A stretch of 64,000 nt of DNA from Macrostomum hystrix. Its lineage: Eukaryota > Animalia > Platyhelminthes. The notes under the pieces were generated by a model. It worked only from the letters and a program-made list of their open reading frames with translations, made no database searches and was not told the DNA's origin. How positions within the stretch are numbered: the stretch's first letter is position 1; every line of letters starts with the position of its first letter. A program made the position numbers and the translations under genes. This document shows positions 10,065 through 22,258 of the stretch, in pieces. The stretch is from the NCBI GenBank assembly GCA_950097015.1, contig CATNEN010000001.1:10664001-10728000 (forward strand), given 5' to 3'.

Positions 10065-13000
10065 CCTCTGTCCCATCCCACTGTCTCATCCCACTGTCCC
10101 ATCCCACTGTCTCATCCCACTGTCTCATGCCACTCTCTCATCCCACTGTCTCATCCCACTCTCTCATCCCACTGTCCCATCCCACTGTCCCATCCCACTC
10201 TCTCATCCCACTGTCTCATCCCACTCTCTCATCCCACTGTCTCATCCCACTGTCCAATCCCACTCTCCCATCCCACTGTCCCATCCCACTGTCCCATCCC
10301 ACTGTCTCATCCCACTGTCCCATCCCACTCTCTCATCCCACTGTCCCATCCCACTGTCTCATCCCACTCTCTCACCCCACTCTCTCATCCCACTGTCTCA
10401 TCCCACTCTCTCATCCCACTCTCTCATCCCACTGTCCAATCCCACTCTCTCATCCCACTCTCTCATCCCACTGTCCCATCCCACTCTCTCATCCCACTGT
10501 CTCATCCCACTGTCCCATCCCACTCTCTCATCCCACTGTCTCATCCCACTCTCTCATCCCACTCTCTCATCCCACTGTCCCATCCCACTCTCTCATCCCA
10601 CTCTCTCATCCCACTGTCCCATCCCACTCTCTCATCCCACTGTCTCATCCCACTGTCCCATCCCACTCTCTCATCCCACTCTCTCATCCCACTGTCTCAT
10701 CCCACTGTCCCATCCCACTCTCTCATCCCACTCTCTCATCCCACTGTCCCATCCCACTCTCTTATCCCACTGTCTCATCCCACTGTCCCATCCCACTGTC
10801 TCATCCCACTGTCTCATCCCACTCTCTCATCCCACTGTCTCATCCCACTCTCTCATCCCACTGTCTCATCCCACTCTCTCATCCCACTGTCTCATCCCAC
10901 TGTCCCATCCCACTGTCTCATCCCACTCTCTCATCCCACTGTCACATCCCACTCTCTCATCCCACTGTCCCATCCCACTCTCTCATCCCACTCTCTCATC
11001 CCACTGTCCCATCCCCCTCTCTCATCCCACTGTCCCATCCCACTCTCTCATCCCACTGTCTCATCCCACTCTCTCATCCCACTGTCTCATCCCACTGTCC
11101 CATCCCACTCTCTCATCCCACTCTCTCATCCCACTGTCCCATCCCACTCTCTTATCCCACTGTCTCATCCCACTGTACCATCCCACTGTCTCATCCCAAT
11201 GTCTCATCCCACTCTCTCATCCCACTCTCTCATCCCACTGTCCCATCCCACTCTCTCATCCCACTCTCTCATCCCACTGTCCCATCCCACTCTCTCATCC
11301 TACTGTCTCATCCCACTGTCCCATCCCACTCTCTCATCCCACTGTCTCATCCCACTGTCCCATCCCCCTCTCTCATCCCACTCTCTCATCCCACTGTCTC
11401 ATCCCACTGTCTCATCCCACTCTCTCACCCCACTCTCTCATCCCACTGTCTCATCCCACTCTCTCATCCCACTCTCTCATCCCACTGTCCCATCCCACTC
11501 TCTCATCCCACTCTCTCATCCCACTGTCCCATCCCACTCTCTTATCCCACTGTCTCATCCCACTGTCCCATCCCACTGTCTCATCCCACTGTCTCATCCC
11601 ACTCTCTCATCCCACTCTCTCATCCCACTGTCCCATCCCACTCTCTCATCCCACTCTCTCATCCCACTGTCCCATCCCACTCTCTCATCCTACTGTCTCA
11701 TCCCACAGTCCCATCCCACTCTCTCATCCCACTGTCCCATCCCACTGTCTCATCCCACTGTTCCATCCCACTGTCTCATCCCACTGTCTCATCCCACTCT
11801 CTCATCCCACTGTCTCATCCCACTCTCTCATCCCACTGTCTCATCCCACTCTCTCATCCCACTCTCCCATCCCACTGTCCCATCCCACTGTCCCATCCCA
11901 CTCTCTCATCCCACTGTCCCATCCCACTGTCCCATCCCACTCTCTCATCCCACTGTCTCATCCCACTCTCTCATCCCACTGTCTCATCCCACTGTCCAAT
12001 CCCACTCTCCCATCCCACTGTCCCATCCCACTGTCCCATCCCACTGTCTCATCCCACTGTCCCATCCCACTCTCTCATCCCACTGTCTCATCCCACTGTC
12101 CCATCCCCCTCTCTCATCCCACTCTCTCATCCCACTGTCCCATCCCACTGTCTCATCCCACTGTCTCATCCCACTGTCTCATCCCACTCTCTCATCCCAC
12201 TGTCTCATCCCACTCTCTCATCCCACTGTCTCATCCCACTCTCTCATCCCACTCTCCCATCCCACTGTCCCATCCCACTGTCCCATCCCACTCTCTCATC
12301 CCACTGTCCCATCCCACTGTCCCATCCCACTCTCTCATCCCACTGTCTCGTCCCACTCTCTCATCCCACTGTCTCATCCCACTGTCCAATCCCACTCTCC
12401 CATCCCACTGTCCCATCCCACTGTCCCATCCCACTGTCTCATCCCACTCTCCCATCCCACTCTCTCATCCCACTGTCTCATCCCACTGTCCCATCCCACT
12501 CTCTCATCCCACTGTCCCATCCCACTGTCTCATCCCACTCTCTCACCCCACTCTCTCATCCCACTCTCTCATCCCACTGTCTCATCCCACTGTCCCATCC
12601 CACTCTCTCATCCCACTGTCTCATCCCACTGTCCCATCCCCCTCTCTCATCCCACTCTCTCATCCCACTGTCCCATCCCACTGTCTCATCCCACTGTCCC
12701 ATCCCACTCTCTCATCCCTCTGTCCCATCCCACTGTCTCATCCCACTGTCCCATCCCACTGTCTCATCCCACTGTCTCATCCCACTCTCTCATCCCACTG
12801 TCTCATCCCACTCTCTCATCCCACTGTCTCATCCCACTCTCTCATCCCACTGTCTCATCCCACTGTCCCATCCCACTGTCTCATCCCACTCTCTCATCCC
12901 ACTGTCACATCCCACTCTCTCATCCCACTGTCCCATCCCACTCTCTCATCCCACTCTCTCATCCCACTGTCCCATCCCACTCTCTCATCCCACTGTCTCA

Positions 13001-16000
13001 TCCCACTCTCTCATCCCACTGTCTCATCCCACTGTCCCATCCCACTCTCTCATCCCACTGTCTCATCCCACTGTCCCATCCCACTCTCTTATCCCACTGT
13101 CTCATCCCACTGTACCATCCCACTGTCTCATCCCAATGTCTCATCCCACTCTCTCATCCCACTCTCTCATCCCACTGTCCCATCCCACTCTCTCATCCCA
13201 CTCTCTCATCCCACTGTCCCATCCCACTCTCTCATCCTACTGTCTCATCCCACTGTCCCATCCCACTCTCTCATCCCACTGTCTCATCCCACTGTCCCAT
13301 CCCCCTCTCTCATCCCACTCTCTCATCCCACTGTCTCATCCCACTGTCTCATCCCACTGTCTCATCCCACTCTCTCATCCCACTGTCTCATCCCACTCTC
13401 TCATCCCACTGTCTCATCCCACTCTCTCATCCCACTGTCTCATCCCACTCTCTCATCCCACTCTCCCATCCCACTGTCCCATCCCACTGTCCCATCCCAC
13501 TCTCTCATCCCACTGTCCCATCCCACTGTCCCATCCCACTCTCTCATCCCACTGTCTCATCCCACTCTCTCATCCCACTGTCTCATCCCACTGTCCAATC
13601 CCACTCTCCCATCCCACTGTCCCATCCCACTGTCCCATCCCACTGTCTCATCCCACTGTCCCATCCCACTCTCTCATCCCACTGTCCCATCCCACTGTCT
13701 CATCCCACTCTCTCACCCCACTCTCTCATCCCACTGTCTCATCCCACTCTCTCATCCCACTCTCTAATCCCACTGTCCCATCCCACTCTCTCATCCCACT
13801 CTCTCATCCCACTGTCCCATCCCACTCTCTCATCCCACTGTCTCATCCCACTGTCCCATCCCACTCTCTCATCCCACTGTCTCATCCCACTCTCTCATCC
13901 CACTCTCTCATCCCACTGTCCCATCCCACTCTCTCATCCCACTCTCTCATCCCACTGTCCCATCCCACTCTCTCATCCCACTGTCTCATCCCACTGTCCC
14001 ATCCCACTCTCTCATCCCACTCTCTCATCCCACTGTCTCATCCCACTGTCCCATCCCACTCTCTCATCCCACTCTCTCATCCCACTGTCCCATCCCACTC
14101 TCTTATCCCACTGTCTCATCCCACTGTCCCATCCCACTGTCTCATCCCACTGTCTCATCCCACTCTCTCATCCCACTCTCTCATCCCACTGTCCCATCCC
14201 ACTCTCTCATCCCACTCTCTCATCCCACTGTCCCATCCCACTCTCTCATCCTACTGTCTCATCCCACAGTCCCATCCCACTCTCTCATCCCACTGTCCCA
14301 TCCCACTGTCTCATCCCACTGTCCCATCCCACTGTCTCATCCCACTGTCTCATCCCACTCTCTCATCCCACTGTCTCATCCCACCCTCTCATCCCACTGT
14401 CTCATCCCACTCTCTCATCCCACTCTCCCATCCCACTGTCCCATCCCACTGTCCCATCCCACTCTCTCATCCCACTGTCCCATCCCACTGTCCCATCCCA
14501 CTCTCTCATCCCACTGTCTCATCCCACTCTCTCATCCCACTGTCTCATCCCACTGTCCAATCCCACTCTCCCATCCCACTGTCCCATCCCACTGTCCCAT
14601 CCCACTGTCTCATCCCACTGTCCCATCCCACTCTCTCATCCCACTGTCTCATCCCACTGTCCCATCCCCCTCTCTCATCCCACTCTCTCATCCCACTGTC
14701 CCATCCCACTGTCTCATCCCACTGTCTCATCCCACTGTCTCATCCCACTCTCTCATCCCACTGTCTCATCCCACTCTCTCATCCCACTGTCTCATCCCAC
14801 TCTCTCATCCCACTGTCTCATCCCACTGTCCCATCCCACTGTCCCATCCCACTCTCTCATCCCACTGTCCCATCCCACTGTCCCATCCCACTCTCTCATC
14901 CCACTGTCTCATCCCACTCTCTCATCCCACTGTCTCATCCCACTGTCCAATCCCACTCTCCCATCCCACTGTCCCATCCCACTGTCCCATCCCACTGTCT
15001 CATCCCACTCTCCCATCCCACTCTCTCATCCCACTGTATCATCCCACTGTCCCATCCCACTCTCTCATCCCACTGTCCCATCCCACTGTCTCATCCCACT
15101 CTCTCACCCCACTCTCTCATCCCACTGTCTCATCCCACTCTCTCACCCCACTCTCTCATCCCACTGTCTCATCCCACTGTCTCATCCCACTGTCTCATCC
15201 CACTCTCTCATCCCACTGTCTCATCCCACTGTCCCATCCCACTCTCTCATCCCACTGTCTCATCCCACTGTCCCATCCCCCTCTCTCATCCCACTCTCTC
15301 ATCCCACTGTCCCATCCCACTGTCTCATCCCACTGTCCCATCCCACTCTCTCATCCCTCTGTCCCATCCCACTGTCTCATCCCACTGTCCCATCCCACTG
15401 TCTCATCCCACTGTCTCATCCCACTCTCTCATCCCACTGTCTCATCCCACTCTCTCATCCCACTGTCTCATCCCACTCTCTCATCCCACTGTCTCATCCC
15501 ACTGTCCCATCCCACTGTCTCATCCCACTCTCTCATCCCACTGTCCCATCCCCCTCTCTCATCCCACTGTCCCATCCCACTCTCTCATCCCACTCTCTCA
15601 TCCCACTGTCCCATCCCCCTCTCTCATCCCACTGTCCCATCCCACTCTCTCATCCCACTGTCTCATCCCACTCTCTCATCCCACTGTCTCATCCCACTGT
15701 CCCATCCCACTGTCTCATCCCACTGTCCCATCCCACTCTCTCATCCCACTGTCTCATCCCACTGTCCCATCCCCCTCTCTCATCCCACTCTCTCATCCCA
15801 CTGTCCCATCCCACTGTCTCATCCCACTGTCTCATCCCACTGTCTCATCCCACTCTCTCATCCCACTGTCTCATCCCACTCTCTCATCCCACTGTCTCAT
15901 CCCACTCTCTCATCCCACTCTCCCATCCCACTGTCCCATCCCACTGTCCCATCCCACTCTCTCATCCCACTGTCCCATCCCACTGTCTCATCCCACTCTC

Positions 16001-17440
16001 TCATCCCACTGTCTCATCCCACTGTCCCATCCCACTCTCTCATCCCACTGTCTCATCCCACTGTCTAATCCCACTGTCCCATCCCACTCTCTCATCCCAC
16101 TGTCTCATCCCACTGTCTCATCCCACTGTCTCATCCCACTCTCTCATCCCACTGTCCCATCCCACTCTCTCATCCCACTGTCTCATCCCACTGTCCCATC
16201 CCACTCTCTCATCCCACTCTCTCATCCCACTCTCTCATCCCACTCTCTCATCCCACTCTCTCATCCCACTGTCTCATCCCACTGTCTCATCCCACTGTCC
16301 CATCCCACTCTCTCATCCCACTGTCTCATCCCAGTCTCTTATCCCACTGTCCCATCCCACTCTCTCATCCCACTGTCTCATCCCACTGTCTCATCCCACT
16401 CTCTCATCCCACTGTCTCCTCCCACTGTCCCATCCCACTCTCTTATCCCACTGTCCTATCCCACTCTCTCATCCCACTGTCTCATCCCACTCTCTCATCC
16501 CACTGTCTCATCCCACTGTCCCATCCCACTGTCTCATCCCACTCTCTCATCCCACTGTCACATCCCACTCTCTCATCCCACTGTCCCATCCCACTCTCTC
16601 ATCCCACTCTCTCATCCCACTGTCCCATCCCCCTCTCTCATCCCACTGTCCCATCCGACTCTCTCATCCCACTGTCTCATCCCACTGTCCCATCCCCCTC
16701 TCTCATCCCACTGTCCCATCCCACTCTCTCATCCCACTGTCCCATCCCACTCTCTCATCCCACTGTCACATCCCACTCTCTCATCCCACTGTCTCATCCC
16801 ACTCTCTCATCCCACTGTCCCATCCCACTCTCTCATCCCACTCTCTCATCCCACTGTCCCATCCCCCTCTCTCATCCCACTGTCCCATCCCACTCTCTCA
16901 TCCCACTGTCTCATCCCACTGTCCCATCCCCCTCTCTCATCCCACTGTCACATCCCACTCTCTCATCCCACTGTCCCATCCCACTCTCTCATCCCACTGT
17001 CCCATCCCACTCTCTCATCCCACTGTCTCATCCCACTGTCCCATCCCCCTCTCTCATCCCACTGTCCCATCCCACTCTCTCATCCCACTGTCCCATCCCA
17101 CTCTCTCATCCCACTGTCCCATCCCACTCTCTCATCCCACTGTCCCATCCCACTCTCTCATCCCACTGTCTCATCCCACTGTCCCATCCCACTCTCTCAT
17201 CCCACTGTCTCATCCCACTGTCCCATCCCACTCTCTCATCCCACTGTCTCATCCCACTGTCCCATCCCACTCTCTCATCCCACTGTCTCATCCCACTGTC
17301 CCATCCCCCTCTCTCATCCCACTCTCTCATCCCACTGTCCCATCCCCCTCTCTCATCCCACTGTCTCATCCCACTGTCCTATCCCCCTCTCTCATCCCAC
17401 TCTCTCATCCCACTGTCCCATCCCACTCTCTCATCCCACT
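10065..17440. repeat. 13-bp minisatellite (right part, ~567 units)
   Basis: Same unit as 1-3196; unit starts at 10071 and 17429 are exactly 566 x 13 apart. Confidence 0.99.
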
Positions 17441-18040
17441 TCATAAATGCTTCAAAGTGATTCATAAATGCTTCAAAGTGATTCAGAAACGCTTCAAAAT
17501 GATTCAGAAACGCTTCAAAGTGATTCAGAAACGCTTCAAAGTGATTCAGAAACGCTTCAAAGTGATTCATAAATGCTTCAAAGTGATTCAGAAACGCTTC
17601 AAAGTGATTCAGAAACGCTTCAAAGTGATTCAGAAACGCTTTTAAGTGATTCAGAAACGCTTCAAAGTGATTCAGAAACGCTTCAAAGTGATTCAGAAAC
17701 GCTTTAAAGTGATTCAGAAACGCTTCAAAGTGATTCAGAAACGCTTCAAAGTGATTCATAAATGCTTCAAAGTGATTCATAAATGCTTCAAAGTGATTCA
17801 TAAATGCTTCAAAGTGATTCATAAATGCTTCAAAGTGATTCATAAATGCTTCAAAGTGATTCAGAAACGCTTCAAAGTGATTCAGAAACGCTTTAAAGTG
17901 ATTCAGAAACGCTTCAAAGTGATTCAGAAACGCTTCAAAGTGATTCAGAAACGCTTCAAAGTGATTCAGAAACGCTTTAAAGTGATTCAGAAACGCTTCA
18001 AAGTGATTCAGAAACGCTTCAAAGTGATTCAGAAAACGCT
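17440..18040. repeat. 21-bp minisatellite TTCAAAGTGATTCA(GAAAC/TAAAT)GC
   Basis: About 28 tandem units of two main variants, directly abutting the 13-bp array. Confidence 0.98.
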
Positions 18041-18701
18041 TCTCAGGTGCAGTTGCATCGATTCAAGTAGGCAGTCAAATGCGCTTACAAAGCGGGGCTA
18101 CAATTTTCAGAACAAGTTATAGGTTGTTGCAAGTTTTAGCTACAATTAACTATAGTGCAGAGTTACTCCATAGATACTAAAATAACTGAGAATTTGTTAT
18201 TTTAGTTATTTTAGTATCTATGAGTTACTCGTAATAAGGACACAGAATCACTACAAGATTAAAGTTTGACTTTCAAACGTTGGTCTTCACCATAGACGAA
18301 CTTAATGCCTTCCTGAGTAACCATTGTAGAGCGTGGAGCTTACAAAAGTTTCTCAAATTAAGGCGACTAACAGTCAAGAGAGACATCAAATATTCGAAGC
18401 AACGCCTATTTTCATGGCCGTATTGAACCGGTTAACAAGGACTCAACTTTTTATTATATTTTTGGTGGTTGCTGACGCATTAGGGCAATCATTGGCTAAT
18501 TTGCATGACAAACAAGTATACATGCCAAAATGGTACCCCGTGTGTTTAGCATTGTATGGTACCAAGTTACAAGAGGCCTAACCGTAACGGATCGGGCAGA
18601 CTGAGTACAATACTCAACAAAGTTAGCAATTGTAAGTTAGAGTTGCAATCATTTTTTAGTTTGGCGCATTCTGTTTCTTATAAATGTAACGAAGCGAGAG
18701 C

Positions 18702-20172
18702 TCAGCCGCACGTCTTAGAAGCGCTCAGGAACCGGAAGGACACGAAGCCCTGGTCGCCAGTTGAACTGCCACCCGAGACGCAGCCGCCAAGACAGAAGGA
18801 CCCGCCGCCGCCGCCCCTCTGTCCGTAGCCGAGACCGGCGCCTCCGCCGCTGAAGCCGCCGCCTGCGCCGGGGGCTCCTCTGATCGATCCGCTCTCGCAG
18901 CCGCCTCCGCCGCCACCACCGAATCCGCCTCTGCTGGAGCTGCCGACTCCAGAGACGCCGCCGACCCAGCCGTCAGCCCGACTGCCGCCTCGGTCGCCAT
19001 CCGAGGAGCTCCGCCTGGGGTTGACGGCCTTGCCCAGCCAGCCGGCACCGCAGCCACCGTGGTTGCTGCCACCCGGAGTGTCGCTGGGGTTGTTGAACCC
19101 TGGCTGTCCGTTGACGCCACCAAGGCCAAAGCAAAATACGCAATCGCCAGTACTGCTAGATCCGTTGAGGCCCAGTTCACCGATTTGTCCTGCGAATCGG
19201 TTAATCAAATTTGGCTTTTTACTAAAACCCTGAAGTGAGATTTCTTCGAAAAGTGATTGTTTCAATAAAGCCGTTTTAAGGTCAGACCATTGTTTAAAGT
19301 AGATGCGCCACCGCCTCCACCCGCGGCCAGCAGCAGCAGCAGGTCGGAGCTGCGGTACACGAAGCTGCCGCCGCCTCCGCCGCCTCCCTCGTACTGCACG
19401 GAGGTCGAGCCGCCCATCTGGCCGACGACGACGGTCAGCCGAGTGCCGGCCGTCAGGTTCGTCCTGGCGCTCACCCGGGCACCCAGGCCTCCTGTTGTGT
19501 TCGTAAAGGTGTTGCCGCCACCCCTGGCTCCCGCAGCCTCGATCAGGTAGCAGCCGGTGGACTCGACTAGGACGCTCTGCACCGAGCCGACTCTGCCGAC
19601 GCTGCTGTCTGAAAGGCGAGGGTTTTCACCGGTGCAGCTTCTCCGCCTTTGAGTGGCATGTACTCAGACTCAAAGCATGACAGACACTCACTGTGCAGCA
19701 GCACTGTTGAGGCGAGCCTCGCACTGCCCATCGCCTTCCACACCGTGGCGCCTTCCGCAGCTGACGAAGCCAGCAGCCTCAGAGCCCAGTCAGTGGCTGG
19801 CTCGATCCAGGCCGCGATCGCAACGCTCACAATCTCGCAGATGCCGCCGCTCTTCACCGAGACCGCAGCGGAGCAGCGCGACCGATGACACGAGGCCACA
19901 CAGTCGATGACCGAGCTCGCACTGGTGACCGAGGTCACGCTGATGTTGCTGCTCAGGGACAATGGCGGCAGCAGCAGCTGCGGTTCTCGCACAGCAGAGT
20001 ATTGTCCAGCAGTCTCAGTGACGCCAGAGTTAGTAATGCTGCTACAGGCTAAAAATCATTGAAAGAACCTTTATTCAGAGCTGAAGTACCTTCCTCAGAC
20101 AAAGCGTTTTGGCACTCAGAACTTACCGAAAATCAAGATTAGAACTTTTGATATGCATTGATCCCGTTTCAT
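18702..20172 (-). CDS. Secreted protein (403 aa): signal peptide, PAN/Apple-like Cys region, ALK/LTK-type glycine-rich domain. Exons 20172-20127, 20048-19692, 19608-19288, 19189-18702
   Basis: Three phase-1 GT-AG introns give a continuous 1212-nt frame starting MKRDQCISKVLILIFACSS; motifs TGCYLIEAAGARGG, GGLGARV, VVVGQMGG, GGGGGGGSFV, LLAAGGGGGA, GGFGGGGGG, GAGGGFSGG, GGGGSF, GFVSF. Third donor (GTCTGA) is weak. Confidence 0.85.
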
Positions 20173-20570
20173 TGTCACTTCTGGTCTTACTTTAGGAGGC
20201 TTTTGATTTCTGTGACAGTCGACGCATAAAATAACCTGCCTCCTTGGCTCAACTCAGCAATTTACATACAATGCCTCGCTCGATAGTTTGCTGTTTTCGT
20301 CGCCTAGCAACGACTATCGAATGAGATTGTCAAGGCTTCAACCCTAAGCAGCCATCTTTCCATTGGTCCTCTCTCAATTTCACCCTCGATGGCATCCCGG
20401 CCTCCCGACCGCTCCCTACCTATTTTAGCTAACTCAGGTAGATTGTCAATTTGGGTTAATTTAACAGACCATTTTTTCAGTGTCAGCTATCAGATTTTTT
20501 TGTTCAGGACAAACTAAAGGGCCATCAGCCGAATCTGTCAGTTGTCAATGAGCTGTCAGTTTAATTGCAC

Positions 20571-21527
20571 CCAGTGTACACAGATCACAGGAGTTCTCAA
20601 AGCCAGTGTACACAGATCACAGGAGTTCTCAAATCCAGTGTACACAGATCACAGGAGTTCTCAAAGCCAGTGTACACAGATCACAGGAGTTCTCAAAGCC
20701 AGTGTACACAGATCACAGGAGTTCTCAAAGCCAGTGTACACAGATCACAGGAGTTCTCAAAGCCAGTGTACACAGATCACAGGAGTTCTCAAAGCCAGTG
20801 TACACAGATCACAGGAGTTCTCAAAGCCAGTGTACACAGATCACAGGAGTTCTCAAAGCCAGTGTACACAGATCACAGGAGTTCTCAAAGCCAGTGTACA
20901 CAGATCACAGGAGTTCTCAAAGCCAGTGTACGCAGATCACAGGAGTTCTCAAAGCCAGTGTACGCAGATCACAGGAGTTCTCAAAGCCAGTGTACGCAGA
21001 TCACAGGAGTTCTCAAAGCCAGTGTACACAGATCACAGGAGTTCTCAAAGCCAGTGTACACAGATCACAGGTGTTCACAAACCCAGTGTACACATAACGC
21101 AGGTGTTCACAAACCCAGTGTTCACAGATCACAAGTGCTCGCAAACCCAGTGTACCAGATCACAGGTGTTCACAAACCCAGTGTACACAGATCACAGGTG
21201 TTCACAAACCCAGTGTACACAGATCGCAGGTGTTCACAAATCCTGTGTACAAAGTTCACAATTGTACTCAAAGCCAGTGTACACAGATCACAATTGTACT
21301 CAAAGCCAGTGTACACAGATCACAATTGTACTCAAATCCAGTGTACAAAGATCACAATTGTACTCAAAACCAGTGTACACAGATCACAGGAGTTCTCAAA
21401 GCCAGTGTACACAGATCACAGGTGTTCGCAAACCCAGTGTACACAGATCACAGGTGTTCACAAACCCAGTGTAAACAGATCGCAGGTGTTCTCAAAGCCA
21501 GTGTACGCAGATCACAGGTGTTCTCAG
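20571..21527. repeat. 32-bp minisatellite CCAGTGTACACAGATCACAGGAGTTCTCAAAG
   Basis: About 30 tandem units; homogeneous on the left, more diverged on the right. Confidence 0.98.
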
Positions 21528-22258
21528 AGGCCCAATTCATTTGGTGCGCAGTCACGGAGAGAAGGCTTGGGGGCTTGAGGCCAGCCTCTAAATCACAGTG
21601 AGCGTGTACACTGCCTGCCGATGAGAAAGTTAGAGCAGATGTACACATGTCTGTGTATGTGTACAGGGTCTGTGTTCGTGTGTACTCAGGAGTCAGCGGA
21701 AGGGTTGATGTTGCCTCAACGGGTTGAGTGATGCCAAATTATTCGTCACTGCCTCCATGTAGATCGGCAATACGCACTGGGACTATTTTGAGTTCGTAAA
21801 GCTATTCCTCTAGGTTAAGAGCAACTGCTTTTAGAGCATTGAAATCTGCTTTGAAAGCTGAGCTCACGGAAGCGATCAAATGCTTTCTGCTCTCATTTAA
21901 TCGAATCTTTCCTCGTTGTGTCATTGTTTAGAAAACTGCGGCATCCAGCAAAGGCTTTTAGGAAGAGGAGAGCTATTGTGTTGTCTACTTTAAAGCTTTG
22001 AAAACATGCTTATTGTGAACTAAGATAATAGATTGTCCTAGGAAAGGATCCTTGATTATTTTTAGCAAAACTTTTAGTGGGCCGCTTGTTACTGATGTGT
22101 AAATTGACAAAAATTCGTTCGTTGTCTTGGTATTTTTTTCGTCAGATGCCACGCTTCTCATCAAGATTTCTGTCCTCCTGGGTGACTAAATTTCTCAACC
22201 AACTCAAACCTGTGTGACTGCGCACAAAATTAATGTGGCCTTGTTCCTTGATTGTTCC

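Noticed and set aside
9998-17645. 2482-aa and 2148-aa SHPT/IPL ORFs (also 1935-3317 and 26108-29489)
   Set aside because: The satellite units contain almost no plus-strand stops in any frame, so overlapping frames give the same peptide; no evidence of coding.
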